The position numbers and the translations under genes were made by a program. This document shows, piece by piece, positions 51,093 to 60,488 of a stretch of 64,000 nt of DNA. The stretch's first letter is position 1. Every line of letters starts with the position of its first letter. Where the stretch lies: contig JABCTC010000012.1 in the NCBI GenBank assembly GCA_018238545.1, forward strand, positions 26,470 to 90,469. Direction: 5' to 3'. The notes under the pieces are model-generated. The model was not told the origin of the DNA and searched no databases. It was given only the letters and a program-made list of their open reading frames with translations. Origin of the DNA: Candidatus Heimdallarchaeota archaeon. GTDB taxonomy: Archaea > Asgardarchaeota > Heimdallarchaeia > Heimdallarchaeales > Heimdallarchaeaceae.

Positions 51093-52841
51093 TTAGTTTT
51101 TCTTGTAAAAGAGTGGCTTTTCCTCGTAACTCAATTTTACTGTATCCCAATTTATCTCTCTTGAAAGCGTTCTCTTACCTACATCATCAGTTTTGTTGAC
51201 TCTTCTCGCATGTAAAAACTCATTAGCTTTTCTTTGAAGTGATCTTCTCTGATATGTTGGTTCTGGTCTTGCAAGTGTCATTGCTGTTTTAGCTTGTTTT
51301 TCTGCCAATATTCCAACTAATAGTTTTTCCCCGAAAACAAATTCTACAAGTCTATAGAGACCTATATCTTGCTTATCGCGATAGAATGCTTCTTCAGGAA
51401 TTACTGAAATCGTTGCTACTTTCTTCACTGCCGCAATAAACATCTTACCAACTTCTATTAGTCCAATAATTGGATCTAGAAATTCAGAAGGAAAAGCGAC
51501 AGTAGCTTCTGAATAGAAAACTGTAGGTTGAGTTTCTTTTTGTTCTGATTCAATTAATCCACTAATTACGAAATTATCTTCACGATAAGAATCATAAATC
51601 TCTAATCCTAGTCCTATACCAGAAACGCTGGCAATGAGTATTTCATCCAAAATTAACCTATACCACTTATCTATTGCTTGAGGTGTTTTTGCAGCTTTTA
51701 CAGTTTCAGTTTTCTTCTTCTTTTTAAATTTTGAAAATAGTTTTTTGAAGAATCCCTTTATCTCCTCTTTTTCTATTATCTCTTCAATTACTTCACGTTC
51801 TTCTTTTTCTCTTTGAAGAACTTGGACAACTGGGAGATGTTTTGAATACTTCTCAAGAGCCTTCAGATCGTCTAATTTAAGTTTCAATAAGGATTCTATT
51901 TCCTTCATATTAATATCATCTAAAGGTGTAATTAATCCAATCCAAACTTCTGCATCTGTAGTTTGGGAATTTGCAATGATGAAGTTTATCTCAGGGAAAG
52001 AGGTTAAGAACTTTCCTGCAAGTCTCATATATTTCAAAATATGTGGGTTATTTGAATCCATTAATGGAGTACATTTCTTGAATTCCTTATGAATCTGTGC
52101 AGAATTTTTAGCAGGTAAAAGTGATTCAAATCGATCTTTTTTCGATGTATCTTGATCCCATGTAGCATAGTAGAAAATAGAGGAATCTTTCAAATAAGGT
52201 ATGGGGACAGCTGGGTTTGGTTCACCTATAGTCTCCCCTATGAAGTTATTTGCAATTATCTGTGCTAATAAACCAACTTCATTAGAGTGGAGAATTTCTT
52301 GGCTGTTAGCCCATTTCTTCTGAGTTGTGGAAAATATTGTTTGACACATAGCTGTTTCCATTAGAAAAACTATCCACCAATTTGGGATAATATTCATTTT
52401 GTCAGAAATGTATTCCAAATGGTGCCGAACAAAGTAATCAGCTACCAATGCTGCTGCGATTTGCTTAGCAACTCCTCTGTCCATTAAATAATAATACCGT
52501 TTTCTAAGCATCGAAGCAACTCTATATGAAAAAGCTACGATATAAGTTAATTCGTACCACATTTCGTCATTAGTTATGTTCAAATTCATCCAGAATTCGA
52601 TAATTTCTTTCCTTCTAGCATCATCTTCAAGTTCAAATTTCACTTCTGATGACATTATAATATAATCTGCTGTATAAAGAGCAGATACTATCAAATTATT
52701 GGGTCGCGAATATTCTTGTTCAAATTTTTCGACTAATTCAGAGTTTAAGTTTCGATATCTTTCAAACAATTGACGAAGCTGATGAACTCTTACAGTTTCG
52801 AGATATTCTTTTTCTAAGAATCGTGTGATACTCTCTTTCAT
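51093..52841 (-). CDS. Hypothetical protein (582 aa)
   Basis: Long ORF with no motif I recognise; central amphipathic basic segment GFFKKLFSKFKKKKK. Confidence 0.75.
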   Translation of the reverse strand: MKESITRFLEKEYLETVRVHQLRQLFERYRNLNSELVEKFEQEYSRPNNLIVSALYTADYIIMSSEVKFELEDDARRKEIIEFWMNLNITNDEMWYELTYIVAFSYRVASMLRKRYYYLMDRGVAKQIAAALVADYFVRHHLEYISDKMNIIPNWWIVFLMETAMCQTIFSTTQKKWANSQEILHSNEVGLLAQIIANNFIGETIGEPNPAVPIPYLKDSSIFYYATWDQDTSKKDRFESLLPAKNSAQIHKEFKKCTPLMDSNNPHILKYMRLAGKFLTSFPEINFIIANSQTTDAEVWIGLITPLDDINMKEIESLLKLKLDDLKALEKYSKHLPVVQVLQREKEEREVIEEIIEKEEIKGFFKKLFSKFKKKKKTETVKAAKTPQAIDKWYRLILDEILIASVSGIGLGLEIYDSYREDNFVISGLIESEQKETQPTVFYSEATVAFPSEFLDPIIGLIEVGKMFIAAVKKVATISVIPEEAFYRDKQDIGLYRLVEFVFGEKLLVGILAEKQAKTAMTLARPEPTYQRRSLQRKANEFLHARRVNKTDDVGKRTLSREINWDTVKLSYEEKPLFYKKN

Positions 52842-52915
52842 ATTTATGATAAATAATTCATAAAAATTAAACCTATCGCAAACATAAACTTATTTTACAT
52901 GACAATAATCTGTTA

Positions 52916-52995
52916 AATAGCGTGAATTATGATGAAGGTTTTACCGTTTGAGCCTATGGCAATGTAAAGAACGGCACCTCTGAGTTTACGCTATT
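52916..52995 (+). ncRNA. Box C/D sRNA with 12-bp terminal stem
   Basis: Stem AATAGCGTGAAT (52916-27)/GTTTACGCTATT (52984-95); C ATGATGA 52929-35; 12-nt guide; D' TTGA 52948-51; GCC-TAT-GGC mini-hairpin; degenerate C'; 11-nt guide; D CTGA 52980-83; AT-rich TATA-like element about 20-25 nt upstream. Confidence 0.78.
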
Positions 52996-53002
52996 CTTTA
53001 TT

Positions 53003-54394
53003 CTATTCTATACCATCAGCTTTGCTGTATTTATTCCAAAACCTTCGATAGAGTATACCTGTACTTGTTTCGATTGGAAGGTCTTTGATATTATCTATCC
53101 ATTCACCAGTTAACTTTTGACTTTCTTTAAACGAATCTGTTGTAACCTTCTTCATTTTTGTTAAATCAGCTTTTTTTGGTTTTCCTGATAGATTTTTGAG
53201 AATTGTGTTAACCTTTTTAACATATTTTTTCTCAAACTTATCTCTATCTTCTTTGTAAGTTCCTAACCTCTTTTGATAGTCTAAAAGAACCAATCTGTGA
53301 AGTTTCTCATGTTGCCACCAGAGGGATTTCTCATTGTATTTTTCATCTCCCAAAATTGGTTCTTTACTGAATCCAGCTTTAGGTAAGAATACAGGTTTGA
53401 ATGTACTTGTGCATGGACCTGATGTACCTGTAACCCAGTGAACCTGAATGTTTTTTTTCAGATGAGAGACAATAGATCCAGTAGATTGATCTGGTAATGT
53501 AAAACTTGTAGCGTGGTGACACGGACTCTTGGCTGAAGCTTTTGATGCTGACCAAGTAGCTTCTTCTTCTGGTTTGATATTGTGATTCCTAAGAACTTCC
53601 ATCACGTCTTCTGGAGTTATCTTACCTTTATTTCTTAATAAAAGAGCTGTAGTACATTGTTGACGGTCAAAGCCTTTTGCAAAATATTGTGTTCTAGTTT
53701 TGGACTCTTTTACAACATGATATATACGGAATTTAGGTATGAAATTATCAGCAAAATGGAAATCATCTTTACTCTTACAGTAGCCTTTGTTGATAGCATG
53801 ATCAATTAGCTCTGGATGAATAAGATCATATTCGCTACCTATTGAGAGAGTGTTTGATATTGTACGTATTCCTTTCACTTTCTCTGCTATCCAAAATTTA
53901 TCAGCTGTTTCAAGAATCCAAGCTTCTTTTGTGTCTGCAATTATGAATGAATTATGGTAATTACGACCTTTGACTCCATAGGTACATTCCCCCCCTTGGC
54001 CATACTTCTCCAACAGGTTGGTTATCGTTTCAAGTGCTTCTTTTGCTGTTTTTGTTCTTTCTAATACCAGACGCATCATATCCATACCAAGCAACCCTGT
54101 ATCGCGTATGGGTTCCTTGCTCCAAACAGCTTCATTACCGATTGTTACGCCATATTCATTACTACCCATCTCACAACCAAACATCCAAAATGGTTTCAAT
54201 AGGAGTACATCATACGTTTCCTTTACTTGTGGAATTGTAATATATGTACATTTAACCTTGGCATTAGCTCCATATTTTTTTCCTTTTACATATTCAATGT
54301 TATGAACCTCATTAGGAGTACGGTTTGAATTTTTACCTAAAATAACACTACCATCTTTAGTAGACTTTCCTACAGCAACTACCGTGTCACACAT
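53003..54394 (-). CDS. Peptidase C69 family (secernin/dipeptidase, Ntn hydrolase)
   Basis: N-terminal MCDT nucleophile, GKNSNR, GCEMGSNEYGVTIGNEAV, GLLGMD, LETA. Confidence 0.9.
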   Translation of the reverse strand: MCDTVVAVGKSTKDGSVILGKNSNRTPNEVHNIEYVKGKKYGANAKVKCTYITIPQVKETYDVLLLKPFWMFGCEMGSNEYGVTIGNEAVWSKEPIRDTGLLGMDMMRLVLERTKTAKEALETITNLLEKYGQGGECTYGVKGRNYHNSFIIADTKEAWILETADKFWIAEKVKGIRTISNTLSIGSEYDLIHPELIDHAINKGYCKSKDDFHFADNFIPKFRIYHVVKESKTRTQYFAKGFDRQQCTTALLLRNKGKITPEDVMEVLRNHNIKPEEEATWSASKASAKSPCHHATSFTLPDQSTGSIVSHLKKNIQVHWVTGTSGPCTSTFKPVFLPKAGFSKEPILGDEKYNEKSLWWQHEKLHRLVLLDYQKRLGTYKEDRDKFEKKYVKKVNTILKNLSGKPKKADLTKMKKVTTDSFKESQKLTGEWIDNIKDLPIETSTGILYRRFWNKYSKADGIE

Positions 54395-54452
54395 ATAATG
54401 AATATAAATAGTACTTGCTAAAAAAGAATTTGCTCTCCCAACTTTAAAAAAT

Positions 54453-55790
54453 TTAGAAAGTATGAATTAAAGTAGCTATGGTTTTCATTCCTTGAATCCA
54501 ATCTTCTATTATCAGATTCTCATTAGGCGCATGTGCATTCCCATCTGGGTGACCTGTTCCTATAGAAACACAAGGAACATTCTCGAAAAGATACATTGGT
54601 CCAGATCCTCCTACAAGTGGCCACACAATTGGTTCATTTTTGTAAACATCTCTAAAGGTTTGAATTATTACTTGTGCAAATGGGTTTGTACTCTTTGTTT
54701 TTGCAGCAGGATAGCCATCCCAGCTACTAATCTGTATGTGATTGAGTTGGAGAGCATCAAGATGTGCTTCAATTTTGGAAACTATATCTGTAGCATCTTG
54801 CCCTGGGACAAGACGACAATCAACCTTTGCAAAAGCTTCATTGGGAGTTACCGTTTTGCTTCCTTCTCCTTGATATCCAGACCAGATACCACAGATATTC
54901 AAAGTAGGTTCAAGGAAATATTTCCTTTTCATATCTAGTCCCGATAAACCCTTTCGAAATTCTTCAATCCCAAACGTTTCTTTCATTTCTTCTTCTTTTA
55001 AATCAAATTCCTCTATTTCCTTTAGTTCATCTACTGTTGGTTCAGGTATGTTGTCATAGAATCCTTGGACTAGGACCACATCATCTCGGTTCTTTAATTG
55101 AGATAGCGCCCAAACTAATTCGTATGCTGCATTATCTACAAATTGTGTATATCCACTATGAACATCTTTTCCTATAGTTTTTGTTTTAAAATGCATGTAA
55201 AGAATACCTTTTACACCAAGGTAAATTTGCTGGATTCCTTCTTTGGTTTTTCCTCCAAATTCCCAGATGATGCCATCAGCATTCAACGCAAAATCTCTGT
55301 TGTTTTTGATGAAATAAGGTAAATTTGGAGATCCAATTTCTTCTTCTCCTTCAATAAGAAATTTTATGTTAATTGGAGGTTTATCATAAATCTCGTTGTA
55401 AGCTTTGATTGCTTGTAATCTGCAGACAATCTCATTTTTATTATCAGTCACACCTCTAGCGAAGATTTTACCATCTCTGATTGTAGGTTCAAAAGGGGGA
55501 GATTCCCACAGTTCTAAAGGATCTTCAGGTTGAACATCATAATGGTCATAAAATAGCAAAGTTTTGTCTGCACCAACATTCATCTCTGCACAAAAAACTG
55601 GTTTAGTCGGGGTTTCACCAATGAAATAATCAAATCCTGCTTCCCCAAATATCTTTGAAAGATAAGTTATAGCTTCATCATGACCAGTGTTTTTTGCAGC
55701 TACACTGGGAATGCGAAGTAAATCAAAAAGAATATTTTGGCTTTCTTGCTTTCTGCCATCAATATTCTCAAAAACATCATTAATGCTCAT
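54453..55790 (-). CDS. M20 family metallo-dipeptidase
   Basis: HYDVQP, ARGVTDNK, EGEEEIGSP, DVHSG, NAHAPNE. Confidence 0.92.
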   Translation of the reverse strand: MSINDVFENIDGRKQESQNILFDLLRIPSVAAKNTGHDEAITYLSKIFGEAGFDYFIGETPTKPVFCAEMNVGADKTLLFYDHYDVQPEDPLELWESPPFEPTIRDGKIFARGVTDNKNEIVCRLQAIKAYNEIYDKPPINIKFLIEGEEEIGSPNLPYFIKNNRDFALNADGIIWEFGGKTKEGIQQIYLGVKGILYMHFKTKTIGKDVHSGYTQFVDNAAYELVWALSQLKNRDDVVLVQGFYDNIPEPTVDELKEIEEFDLKEEEMKETFGIEEFRKGLSGLDMKRKYFLEPTLNICGIWSGYQGEGSKTVTPNEAFAKVDCRLVPGQDATDIVSKIEAHLDALQLNHIQISSWDGYPAAKTKSTNPFAQVIIQTFRDVYKNEPIVWPLVGGSGPMYLFENVPCVSIGTGHPDGNAHAPNENLIIEDWIQGMKTIATLIHTF

Positions 55791-55840
55791 GAGAAGAAAA
55801 AAGGTTTCTGTTTTAAAAGGGTTGTTGGGATAAAAGAGAG

Positions 55841-56899
55841 TTAAACTAAACGATTTAATTCATCCAACCATTCAATCTGTTTTGCTCTACAGTTTGGGCA
55901 CGTATGAGACTTCTCAACCCATATCATAATGTGTTCCCTATGACCATAAACCCCACAACAAGGCATTTGAATAACTTCTTCTTTTTCAGCAGGTTGCAAA
56001 TCTAACAGACAGATTGCACATCTAGGTCTATTAGCATTACAGTTAGGACATTTTTCATCATTTTCATCAAGGTCCTCTCCACAATCAAAACATTTGATGT
56101 AAGTTACTGTTTTCAAACCAGTTTTTTGATTTACAAATTCTTTATACAATTCTCCTAGTAAATCTAAGATTTTAGCTAAATAACCAGTATCATAAAATAT
56201 CGCAACAAAATATTTTCGATTAACCATGATTAGCTCAAGATTAGAAGATAATGCAATTAATTTCTGAGTTATTCTTGAATTCTGATTTAGAGATTTAACA
56301 AGTAACTCATCATTGGAGCTTATGATGTAATGGGAATTAAGGTCTTGAAAGCTCTCTTGACCTTTTTTCTTTGCTTCATCCCCAAAAGATCTTATTGAAA
56401 CTTTAAAAGGTTGAATTTTCTTGAAAAGTCCATCTAGGATTATACTACCATCTTGTTCATATCTGATAAAAAATTGCAAGAAGAAGGGATATTTACTCTG
56501 ATTTGAAGAATCAAATGATAATCTTAGTTCATTGTTAACTTCTTGAATTTTGATATTTGAAATTTCTAAACTTTGCAAAGACACTTTGATATTTGTAGCA
56601 AATAGCAAATGCTCTGTTTTTTCAGATCTCTCTTCATCGTTTAGTGCCCTTTTCTTAAGTTCTGTTTCAATTTTTGCAATATAATCATCAATTGTGTGTG
56701 TGATTACAGAACTAACTTCTAGTCCCAAATCCCTATAGTTTTTTCTTTTTCCTGAACGCAAATCCTTCGATTCTTCTTCTCCAATTGCTATAAAAATCCC
56801 AATACCCGCCTCTTTTTGTGCAGATCCAAGTATTCTATCCAAAAAATTAATCTGTTTCTTTTTCCTACCTGGTGGTCCAAAATTACTTCCTTCATTCAC
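55841..56899 (-). CDS. Zinc-ribbon plus RING-finger protein (putative E3 ubiquitin ligase)
   Basis: CFDCG...CPNC, then CAIC...PCC...HREHIMIW...CPNCR. Start placed at GTG 56899, behind a GGAGGAGG SD. Confidence 0.78.
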   Translation of the reverse strand: MNEGSNFGPPGRKKKQINFLDRILGSAQKEAGIGIFIAIGEEESKDLRSGKRKNYRDLGLEVSSVITHTIDDYIAKIETELKKRALNDEERSEKTEHLLFATNIKVSLQSLEISNIKIQEVNNELRLSFDSSNQSKYPFFLQFFIRYEQDGSIILDGLFKKIQPFKVSIRSFGDEAKKKGQESFQDLNSHYIISSNDELLVKSLNQNSRITQKLIALSSNLELIMVNRKYFVAIFYDTGYLAKILDLLGELYKEFVNQKTGLKTVTYIKCFDCGEDLDENDEKCPNCNANRPRCAICLLDLQPAEKEEVIQMPCCGVYGHREHIMIWVEKSHTCPNCRAKQIEWLDELNRLV

Positions 56900-57126
56900 T
56901 AGTATCCTCCTCCAAAACAATTGTAAACTCTACGTATACTTAAAGGAATAATTGGGATAAAACAAATCACAATGCTTGTCCACTTCTGCATTATTGCTCC
57001 ATCCATCATTGATTAATTATATGTCATTCTGATATATATAGTACAGCATATTTGTTCTTAATTTAATTTCTGAAAACCTTAAAAAGTACTTTAATATTTG
57101 TAAAAGAAAGAAATTAAAAGAAGTTA

Positions 57127-57705
57127 TTAGAAATCAAATGCATTGATTTCATCAAGTGTATTGTAAGTGTTTTCAACAGCTTGACGGACTTGTATCTCTG
57201 TTTTTGCACCTGTACAAACAAGATTACCAGATTGGAATAGTAAGAGAACTGTCTTTGGTTCTGCTAATCTATAAATCAAGCCTGGGAATTGTTCTGGTTC
57301 GTACATGGAATGCTCGAGCCACAAAGCTGCTAATTCTAAGTTAATGGTTCTTTTGTTGAAATGACCAGAAGCGACAATATTCTGAACAATGATTTCTGGT
57401 TCTTCAGTTATTTTTGTTCCGACAGTACGGAGTATCTTGATCATTTGTTGTACTCCCTCGTGAACCATTTGTGTGGATTTAGCTCCAGTTAAAACAAGTT
57501 TTCCAGAGCTGAAGACAAGACTGGAAATCTTTGGTTTCTTAATCTTTAAGATGAGACCTGGAAATGTTTCAGGATTATAACTGACGAAAAGATCATCATC
57601 ATCTATTAAAGTTTGATAAGAAGTAACGAGATCGATGGTTGTAAAAAGATTGATACTTGCAACAACATTCTGTATAATTATTCCAAATTCAAGTTTAGGG
57701 GCCAT
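57127..57705 (-). CDS. tbp: TATA-box binding protein
   Basis: Two repeats: QNVVAS...YNPETFPGLI...FSSGKLVLTGAKS and QNIVAS...YEPEQFPGLIYR...FQSGNLVCTGAK. Confidence 0.97.
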   Translation of the reverse strand: MAPKLEFGIIIQNVVASINLFTTIDLVTSYQTLIDDDDLFVSYNPETFPGLILKIKKPKISSLVFSSGKLVLTGAKSTQMVHEGVQQMIKILRTVGTKITEEPEIIVQNIVASGHFNKRTINLELAALWLEHSMYEPEQFPGLIYRLAEPKTVLLLFQSGNLVCTGAKTEIQVRQAVENTYNTLDEINAFDF

Positions 57706-57889
57706 TTTATTATTCCAACTCTAATTTATTTATATATGATATGTGCAACAAATCAACATCAATTTATAAAGCTTTTTGCAAAAGTGAGAAATAAAAATGT
57801 TCGCACTTACCTAATAGATAGAGTAAGAGTAGCTTCTAACTTATTTCCGACAAAAATTTTTTCTCTCATTATTACATAGAATTGCTTTG

Positions 57890-58681
57890 CTAATTTGTGC
57901 AAGAACATTTAACAGTAGAAATATCCGTGGCAATTATTTTCTTCATTATCTCCTTAACTTGATTTGTTTTCTGTTCAAAAATTTCTACAACTTCTTCGTG
58001 GGTTATTTTTTCTTGCATTCCTGCACCAAAATTAGTTGTGAGACAGAGGGTTGAATAACACATTTTTAATTCCCTTGCAAGGATTGCTTCGGGAATTGTA
58101 GTCATTCCAACTATGGTTCCTCCCATTTTTTGATACATGATAATTTCTGCCGGTGTTTCAAATCTCGGTCCTTCAGAGCAAACGTGGACCCCCTTTGTGT
58201 AAACCATTTCTCCGATGTCCTCAACCGCTTTAATATACATATTTCTAAGATTTGTGCAGTAGGGATCAGTATAATCCAGGTGCACGACACCTTTTCGAGT
58301 GGAGCCATCTTCAAATTTAATTTTTGTAGTACCATCGAAAAATGTCAGTGATCTAACCTTTGTCATATCTATTATTTGGTCTGGAACAACGAAATCTCCT
58401 GGCTTAATACTTAAGTCAATGGAACCTACAGCGTTAGTTGCAAAGATTTTTTTCACTCCTAGACTAAAAAGTGCATATATATTTGCTCTATAATTAATGA
58501 GGTGAGGTGGGACTGAATGCTTTGGACCATGTCGAGGAAGAAAATAGATTACTTTCTCTTTGTACACTGTTTTTTTAATAGTGTCCACCTTACCATAAGG
58601 AGTTTTAACAGATACTTTGCTTGCTTTTTTTATTAAATCATAAACTCCTGACCCACCAATTATAGCGATTTTTTCAGACAT
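57890..58681 (-). CDS. mtnP: 5'-methylthioadenosine/methylthioinosine phosphorylase
   Basis: IIGGSG, TPYG, RHG..H..PPH.INYRAN, EGPRFETPAE, VGMT..PEA.LARE. Confidence 0.9.
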   Translation of the reverse strand: MSEKIAIIGGSGVYDLIKKASKVSVKTPYGKVDTIKKTVYKEKVIYFLPRHGPKHSVPPHLINYRANIYALFSLGVKKIFATNAVGSIDLSIKPGDFVVPDQIIDMTKVRSLTFFDGTTKIKFEDGSTRKGVVHLDYTDPYCTNLRNMYIKAVEDIGEMVYTKGVHVCSEGPRFETPAEIIMYQKMGGTIVGMTTIPEAILARELKMCYSTLCLTTNFGAGMQEKITHEEVVEIFEQKTNQVKEIMKKIIATDISTVKCSCTN

Positions 58682-58760
58682 TATTACTAATTTATAATGA
58701 AATTAAAAGAACTTTTCGCATTTTTAACGAAAAAACAATGTTTTAGTGCAAAATTCCTTT

Positions 58761-60488
58761 TTAGTTCCTAGGGGCTAGTATTTCCACCACTTCAATTGAT
58801 TTCCAATGAATTTTGCATCCGATGTACTGGCTTATTGCTATTAATGCCTCTTTATATTCAGGGAATTTTTCTTTGAGGGACTCGAGTGAAATTCTTTTCA
58901 TCTTTTTTAGATAAACCTCAACTTCTGTGACTATTCCTTGAGAAACCATACCGAAGCTAGGGATAAATACGATAGATTTCTCTTGGATGATGTGTTTGAT
59001 TTCCATCTCTGAAAGTATCTTATTTGTTTCTTTAGTTGAATATGATTGAAGTTTTTCCTGTATTTGTAGCAGTGTAATAAGACTATTATTTTGCTTCAAA
59101 TTACTACAAATCTCCTCCATAATTCTTTTGAATTCGGGAAATCTTTCGTCAAAATCAGAGAAATTGGTTTCTAGGATTTCCGTAAGTTCATTGGATGGGA
59201 TCGTTGTACCCTTGTAAGGTAGCAAGGTAACATCTCGTAAATCAGTAAAATTAGAGATGATGCTTTGATCTACAAGATATAGGATTGATAGATTAAGTGA
59301 GGCTAATTCTTTCATCTGACTCTTTTTCTTCTGAATATATTTAGCTGTATAAAATCCAACAATTTCTACATAAATGCTTTTTCCACCTCTTTCAAGTAAG
59401 AAATCAGGTATATACATTTTTTTGCCAATAATTATGGCATCAGGTTCTGGCTTTGCTTTCCAACCATGATAATTTTTCCAAGTTTTCAAGAATCTATCTT
59501 CAATTTTAGAATCTATCTCGGGTCTAACGGAATCGTCTTCTTCTTCTTTGAAAGAAGGTAAAATAGGTAATGACTTGGAATTTAAAGAATAGAAAGCTTT
59601 TCTTTTTCTAGGCATTATTATTGCTTTGAATTGAAAATCAATTTTTTCCTTCAACAGTTTTTGTATAATGTACATTGCAACATTACTGATGTTTCTGCCC
59701 CACCCTCCCTTATCTCTGAACATCTCAAGAGGGGGGATAATCTTCAAGACATATCCATCTCCTTCTAGAGCTATCTCTGTGAAAACATAATTTTTCTTTG
59801 AAATGTAAACTACATTTTTAGCGATATAGCCAGGAAGTTTATTAGTTTTTATTTGAAAATCTAGTGCAAACGCAAGAGTAGTTTCTATTACATCGTAATT
59901 GTACCAGCCAATTATCTTAGATAGTTCTGCATTGTCTTTTTTGATTAGTGTGCGCTCTGATGCTATATCATAATAAAGAAGATTCGCGAGTACCTTTTTG
60001 GGGATTTTCAAATCTTCTTCAATCTTCTTGATTATTTCATCTCTTTCAGAACTCTTGACATACCCATTCTTGTTCCTATTTACAATCTCAAATACAAGAG
60101 ATCTTATTTCTGCTCCTGATAGGTTACATATGCTAGTATTTACATCTGCAGCTTGTTTGAGAAAACTCGCTATATCTACTGAATCACCTTTAAGGTTTAC
60201 ATCACTTTTTTTCTCTATTCCAATAATTTTCTCAATTGATTGGGTTTGAAATTGGTAGTATCTGTTCATAGATGTTAGTAAGGATTTGGAAATCTTTTCA
60301 GAGATGAACAAACCACTTAGAGTTTCTAAAGGAGTATCTGACCTCTTTTTGTGTAAATTTCCTTCCAGAAGGTCGATGAAAATTTGAATTCTATTACCAT
60401 CTTCATATTTTAAATAAAATGGCACAAATATGGCATTTGACCCAGAACCTCTTATGTCAAATTCAAAATCTGATATGGCAAATCTCAT
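58761..60488 (-). CDS. bax1: Bax1 (DUF790) endonuclease, XPB partner
   Basis: LYYD..ER, WYN, IDSKIEDRF, W...EP, IPDF, YVEIVGFYT.KY..KK; start overlaps the XPB stop codon. Confidence 0.82.
   Translation of the reverse strand: MRFAISDFEFDIRGSGSNAIFVPFYLKYEDGNRIQIFIDLLEGNLHKKRSDTPLETLSGLFISEKISKSLLTSMNRYYQFQTQSIEKIIGIEKKSDVNLKGDSVDIASFLKQAADVNTSICNLSGAEIRSLVFEIVNRNKNGYVKSSERDEIIKKIEEDLKIPKKVLANLLYYDIASERTLIKKDNAELSKIIGWYNYDVIETTLAFALDFQIKTNKLPGYIAKNVVYISKKNYVFTEIALEGDGYVLKIIPPLEMFRDKGGWGRNISNVAMYIIQKLLKEKIDFQFKAIIMPRKRKAFYSLNSKSLPILPSFKEEEDDSVRPEIDSKIEDRFLKTWKNYHGWKAKPEPDAIIIGKKMYIPDFLLERGGKSIYVEIVGFYTAKYIQKKKSQMKELASLNLSILYLVDQSIISNFTDLRDVTLLPYKGTTIPSNELTEILETNFSDFDERFPEFKRIMEEICSNLKQNNSLITLLQIQEKLQSYSTKETNKILSEMEIKHIIQEKSIVFIPSFGMVSQGIVTEVEVYLKKMKRISLESLKEKFPEYKEALIAISQYIGCKIHWKSIEVVEILAPRN

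Noticed and set aside
52916-52995. SECIS interpretation of the K-turn hairpin
   Set aside because: It is antisense to both flanking genes, lacks the apical AA at the expected spacing, and no in-frame-TGA selenoprotein was seen nearby.
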